From Nitrospirota bacterium (GTDB taxonomy: Bacteria > Nitrospirota > UBA9217): DNA of 64,000 bases. Positions 59,848 to 64,000 of this stretch are shown in pieces. The stretch's first letter is position 1; each line of letters starts with the position of its first letter. Location: positions 128,001 to 192,000 of the forward strand of contig CAWIYV010000011.1 in assembly GCA_963840455.1 (NCBI GenBank), read 5' to 3'. The notes beneath the pieces are model-generated. The model ran no database searches. It was not told the origin of the DNA and was given only the letters and a program-made list of their open reading frames with translations. The translations under genes and the position numbers were made by a program.

Positions 59848-60483
59848 TCAGGGGAAAACGGCGCCTTGCTCAGCTCCGTGGAGGGTCGCAGCGTCGTACT
59901 CCTTTGCATCGTCGTTCAGCTTCGCCATCCGCTCATGACACAGGGACCGGACCCGCCGGTCGAGCTCGGCACAGGTCGGTGCGGCAGGCAGCAGCGCTAC
60001 CGCGCGGGTAAGGTCCTCGACCGCCTCCACCACCATGTCGCGATGCCCCTGCTCATGCTCGATGAGACTCGCCAGGTACCCGTCCCATTTGTCCGCGAGC
60101 TCCTGCGGGGCAGCGTCGGTCCGGACCCACTTGGGATACCGGATTGTTATCTCGGCGGTCGCCTGGAATGTCTCGGCGCTGCAGGACTGCAATGACCGTT
60201 CGTGCTCGTAATCCCATGTCACGTGCCAGCTGGTGACGGAGTCATACTTTTTCCCGTCGCTCCACGCAATGCCCTGACGGTTCATCTGGTCACGAAGATC
60301 CTTTTCCCCGTATCCCGTGATCTCGTAGAGCACGTGCTTTTCGCGCACCGCCGGGGCCAGGACGACCCGTTCCTGGTGGCGATAGATGTCGCGGTCCACG
60401 CTGGCGATGTCGATCCGGCCGTCGTCCGCGAAGGCCGGGAGTGCGGTGAGATATACGAGTGAAATAACAATGGCTTTCTTCAA
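59848..60483 (-). CDS. DUF922-family secreted Zn-dependent protease
   Basis: Signal peptide, YEITG, YPKW, HEQGH, YDAATLHG. Confidence 0.88.
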   Translation of the reverse strand: MKKAIVISLVYLTALPAFADDGRIDIASVDRDIYRHQERVVLAPAVREKHVLYEITGYGEKDLRDQMNRQGIAWSDGKKYDSVTSWHVTWDYEHERSLQSCSAETFQATAEITIRYPKWVRTDAAPQELADKWDGYLASLIEHEQGHRDMVVEAVEDLTRAVALLPAAPTCAELDRRVRSLCHERMAKLNDDAKEYDAATLHGAEQGAVFP

Positions 60484-60768
60484 GAACGTTCGCCCCCTAT
60501 TGTTACCCGGCCGCCATGACCGTCAAAACGTTTGGGCATATTACGACTCTATGAATTTGATTTCAAGAGGGAAAATGAGTGAAGGGAAGACGTGAGGAAC
60601 AATGCAACCGGGCAGGGAACGCACATCCGGTGCGCTTCATTCGCGGTGATGTGCCGAAGGGTCTTTCGGGGACCTCGCCGGCAAAACAACGGGGAGAGAT
60701 GAGGTGCCAGAACCTGTCCGCTCGCGCGATGCGTGTTGTCTGCCAAGTGCGGTCAGCGCTCACGCGTC

Positions 60769-61278
60769 TTACCACCGATCCTTGTGCACGCTCGCTGCGT
60801 CGAACCGGTCCGCCGGCCCTGGATGTTCGTCCGGGTAGCCGATGGGAACGAGCGCAAGCGGTATGATGTGCTCCGGAAGGCCGAGGAGCTTCCGCATGCC
60901 TACAACACGGTCCTCTATGGGGTGGAAGGCGGTCCATACCGCGCCGAGGCCACGTGCCGTGGCCGCAAGCAGGATATTCTGCGTGGCAGCCGAGCAGTCT
61001 TGCACCCAGAAGTCCTTGAACTTCTCCCGGGACAGGTCCCCGCAGACCAGGATCGCCACCGATGCGTACTTCAACATGGCCGAGTAGGGATGGAACTTCG
61101 GCACGGCGTCGAGGAGCGCCCGGTCCCGGATCACCATGAACTGCCAGGCCTGCTCGTTCCCGGCCGAGGGTGCAGCCATGGCCGCTTTCAGAAGCTCGGT
61201 GACCAGCTCCTCCGGCACCGGCTGGGGCGTGTACTTCCTGATGCTCCGTCTGGTGAAGATCGCGTCAAAGGTGTTCAT
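60769..61278 (-). CDS. nitroreductase family protein
   Basis: RRSIRKY, APSAGNEQAWQF, DCSAATQNILLAA..GLG. Confidence 0.93.
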   Translation of the reverse strand: MNTFDAIFTRRSIRKYTPQPVPEELVTELLKAAMAAPSAGNEQAWQFMVIRDRALLDAVPKFHPYSAMLKYASVAILVCGDLSREKFKDFWVQDCSAATQNILLAATARGLGAVWTAFHPIEDRVVGMRKLLGLPEHIIPLALVPIGYPDEHPGPADRFDAASVHKDRW

Positions 61279-61281
61279 GGC

Positions 61282-62262
61282 TCACTCCTTTCTCTTCGCG
61301 TACCACGCCGCCATGTCGCGCATGGCTTCGCTGAGATCGCGGTACGACGGCTCCCATCCCAGGACGGACTTCGCGCGGCCGCAGTCGAAGTGGACATCGC
61401 GGGATACGTAGGAAACGAACGCCGGGAGGTCCAGCGACTGCCCGAAGATGCCGGTGAACAGGTCGACGAACATGGCGGGGAACTTCGCCAGCGCGGGATG
61501 GACGGGGATCAGCCGGAATCGCTTGCGCTGCGCTTCGGCGATGGCAGTGAAGAGTCCGAGCCAGGTGCGGCGCTCGCCGTCGGTGACGTTCAGGGTCTGG
61601 TTTGCGGCACCGGGGACCGTGCCCGCAAGATAGACAGCGCGGGCCAGGTCCTTCACGTGGATGAGCGGCATGAGGTTCATCCCGGCGCCGATGAACGGCA
61701 GGCCGAGCGGCCCGAACCGGCGGATGGCGTCGATCATGCTGCCAAGGTGCCGCGAGCCGGGTCCGTACACCACGCCGGGCCGCACGATGACGTGCTCCAC
61801 CCCGCTCGGAGACTGCCGTATGACCTCCTCGGCCTTCCGCTTGTATTCCGTGTACTGGTCGCGAAGGTCCTGGAACGCTGGCGTGTCCTCGGTGGCGGGT
61901 ATAACCAGCGGAATGCCGGCGACGGAAATGGAGCTCACGAACACCAGCCGTTTCACCCCTGACGGCTTCAGTGCCATGACCATGCGCTCCACCAGACCGA
62001 CATTCAGTGCGGCATTGCCCGCCGTCGTGCTCCTGACCTCGCCGATGTGGAAGACCGTGTCCATGCCCTTCATGGCGTCGACCACCGGTCCGGGGTCACG
62101 GAGGTCTCCCAGCACGACCGTGACATCCCTGCCTTTCCATGCTGCGGGCACGTCCTCCCTCCGCGACAGGAGCCTGACGGAATGGCCGTTCTCCAGGAGA
62201 AGATCCACGACATGGCTGCCGATGAAACCCGTACCACCCGTGACAAGCGTCTGCATGGTCAT
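61282..62262 (-). CDS. NAD-dependent epimerase/dehydratase
   Basis: LVTGGTGFIG, YTEYK, VRPGVVYGPG. Confidence 0.9.
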   Translation of the reverse strand: MTMQTLVTGGTGFIGSHVVDLLLENGHSVRLLSRREDVPAAWKGRDVTVVLGDLRDPGPVVDAMKGMDTVFHIGEVRSTTAGNAALNVGLVERMVMALKPSGVKRLVFVSSISVAGIPLVIPATEDTPAFQDLRDQYTEYKRKAEEVIRQSPSGVEHVIVRPGVVYGPGSRHLGSMIDAIRRFGPLGLPFIGAGMNLMPLIHVKDLARAVYLAGTVPGAANQTLNVTDGERRTWLGLFTAIAEAQRKRFRLIPVHPALAKFPAMFVDLFTGIFGQSLDLPAFVSYVSRDVHFDCGRAKSVLGWEPSYRDLSEAMRDMAAWYAKRKE

Positions 62263-62287
62263 CTCCCCGCTGCCGATCAATTGCAAA

Positions 62288-63034
62288 TCAGTCCCCGGTG
62301 CTGAGCAGGCTCGCGGCTTTGCCATCAAGGTACCAGAAGAGCTCCCCTTTTACGGGCAGGACCAGCCCGGCAGGATAGCCCTTCGGATTCCCCTCGTCCA
62401 GGATCTCGCGGACCGTCGCAGCCTTTTCCGGACCCGCAACGAGGAACAATGCCGTTACGACATGGTTCAGGACCGGCATCGTGACGGAGATCCGTCGGTG
62501 CTGCTGTCCCTTGGGCTGCACAACAACAGCAACCTGTTCGGTCTCGGACACCGCGGGGTCCCCGGGGAAAAGCGACGCCGTGTGGCCGTCGATGCCCATA
62601 CCAAGGACCGCCAGGTCAAAGGTAAACAGGCTCTTGGACATATAGTTCGATACTTCCATCCCATAGTATTTTGCAGCTATCTCCGGATCTTCCTCCCCCC
62701 GGATGCGATGGACCTGTTTTTCCTCAAGGGGCACCTTTGACAGCAGCAGCTCGTTCGCCATCCGGTAGTTGCTCTCCGAATGCTCCGGCGGAACGCATTG
62801 TTCGTCCACCCAGAACACCTCGGTCTTCTTCCAGTCCACCCGGTCGCTGTATGCCGGCGAGGCCAGGAGCGCATAGAGCCGGCGAGGCGTCGTCCCCCCC
62901 GAAAGCGCGACCAGGAACCGCCCGCGCCTCCTGAGGGCCTGTTCGCTCCGCTCCACGAAAAGATCGGCGGCCACAGCGGCCAGCTCCTCCTCGTCATCGC
63001 ACACCTTGATCTCAATTTCATACTGTTGCGTCAT
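62288..63034 (-). CDS. pgl: 6-phosphogluconolactonase
   Basis: ALSGGTTP, SNY, LGMGIDGHTASLFP. Confidence 0.9.
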   Translation of the reverse strand: MTQQYEIEIKVCDDEEELAAVAADLFVERSEQALRRRGRFLVALSGGTTPRRLYALLASPAYSDRVDWKKTEVFWVDEQCVPPEHSESNYRMANELLLSKVPLEEKQVHRIRGEEDPEIAAKYYGMEVSNYMSKSLFTFDLAVLGMGIDGHTASLFPGDPAVSETEQVAVVVQPKGQQHRRISVTMPVLNHVVTALFLVAGPEKAATVREILDEGNPKGYPAGLVLPVKGELFWYLDGKAASLLSTGD

Positions 63035-63170
63035 AAGTTCCCTCCAACCGTTGTCGTCCCCAAGGACGCAGTCGATGATGGTCACGTAGGATCCCCGAAT
63101 GGGGATGGGAGATAGTATAGCAAATGTAACGGGAACTGAACAGGGACAAGAGGGGGCAAAAAGGAGTCGG

Positions 63171-64000
63171 TCAATGGGAAAGGCTGTTGACCTGGGGGAC
63201 GAGGCGCTGGTACTCCTCGTAGGGGATCTGGGAATGCCACTTGCCGGCAAGCACACCGATGCCGATGACGAGGTAGAACAGCACGACGAGAAGGACGGGA
63301 TAGAGATAGGGCTTGAGCACGGACACGCGCTTCCCCGCCTTGACCGTCATGTCCAGGGCGCCCGGTGCAGGGCAGTGGCTCACGCAGGTCATGCAGCCGA
63401 AGCACTCTCCGGACTTGATGACGTCCTTCTTTTCCACGTCGATGAGCGCGGGGCAGTGCTTTGTGCAGGCGTGGCAATGGATGCACTTCTCCTCGTTCCG
63501 CCGGACCTTGACGGGGCTTAAGCGGCTTACGATCCCGAGGAGCGCGCCGTAGGGGCAAAGGTAGCGGCACCAGACGTTCTTGTACAGGAGGGAAAGGATG
63601 CCCAGAGCAACAAGGACCCAGAAGGTGAGCGAGGACATGTCGGTGAAGAACTTGAGCATCTTCACGTCCGCCACCTTGTAGTAGTCGGACCCGAAGAACA
63701 TGAGGATCATGGTGCTGCCCATGGCGACGACGATGACCCAGAAGAACAGGGAGAGCAGGACATATTTGATGGACCGGAGGCCGATGTCGGTGTACTGCTC
63801 CACCCGGAAGTTCCTGCCGAAGATCTTCTCGCCGGCCATCCAGACATACTGCGACAGCGTGCCCACGGGGCAGATCCACCCGCAGAAGCCCTTTTTCAGG
63901 GACAGCGATACGCCGGTTATGGCGATGAACAGGATGAGGCCCGAGGGATGGAGGGGCTCCACGAGGCCGGTGACGGCGAAGAACTTGAAGGCCATCAGCC
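63171..64000 (-). CDS. 4Fe-4S binding membrane protein (YccM/NapH-like), 5' end outside the window
   Basis: FCGWICPVG, WCRYLCPYG, CIHCHACTKHCP, CFGCMTCVSHCP. Confidence 0.88.
   Translation of the reverse strand, partial: LMAFKFFAVTGLVEPLHPSGLILFIAITGVSLSLKKGFCGWICPVGTLSQYVWMAGEKIFGRNFRVEQYTDIGLRSIKYVLLSLFFWVIVVAMGSTMILMFFGSDYYKVADVKMLKFFTDMSSLTFWVLVALGILSLLYKNVWCRYLCPYGALLGIVSRLSPVKVRRNEEKCIHCHACTKHCPALIDVEKKDVIKSGECFGCMTCVSHCPAPGALDMTVKAGKRVSVLKPYLYPVLLVVLFYLVIGIGVLAGKWHSQIPYEEYQRLVPQVNSLSH

Overview
The window has a GC-rich core-gene backbone (TolC/TetR, DUF2156, GMC oxidoreductase, USP, P-type ATPase, nitroreductase, pgl, polyferredoxin). It is interrupted by an accessory region of about 44 kb (about 5.5-49.5 kb) lying almost entirely on the minus strand. 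The centre of this region is a near-complete extracellular contractile injection system (eCIS, Afp/PVC-like): sheath, tube, DUF4255 cap, AAA+ ATPase, tube initiator, LysM-like protein, hub, spike, gp25, two baseplate-J genes, tail-I and a DUF6519 beta-helix protein. A well-formed sigma-54 (-24/-12) promoter and an NtrC-like activator with a degenerate receiver lie directly upstream. The cargo region encodes a DUF4157 protein ending in an SsdA-like HAE/CxxC nucleic-acid deaminase, and a LysM + M15-type zinc peptidase. These two otherwise unrelated proteins share a gap-free 48-aa N-terminal leader, a candidate loading signal. Further upstream is a protease cluster: AraC response regulator, papain-like C1 protease fused to an alpha/beta hydrolase, metacaspase, membrane protein, and a 1448-aa WD40 protein split by an ISL3 element with a perfect 8-bp target duplication. 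Downstream is a Nal1-like serine protease followed by a stand-alone copy of its own pro-domain. Intergenic regions carry four copies of a ~115-bp double-hairpin element. All family assignments come from motif recognition without database searches.
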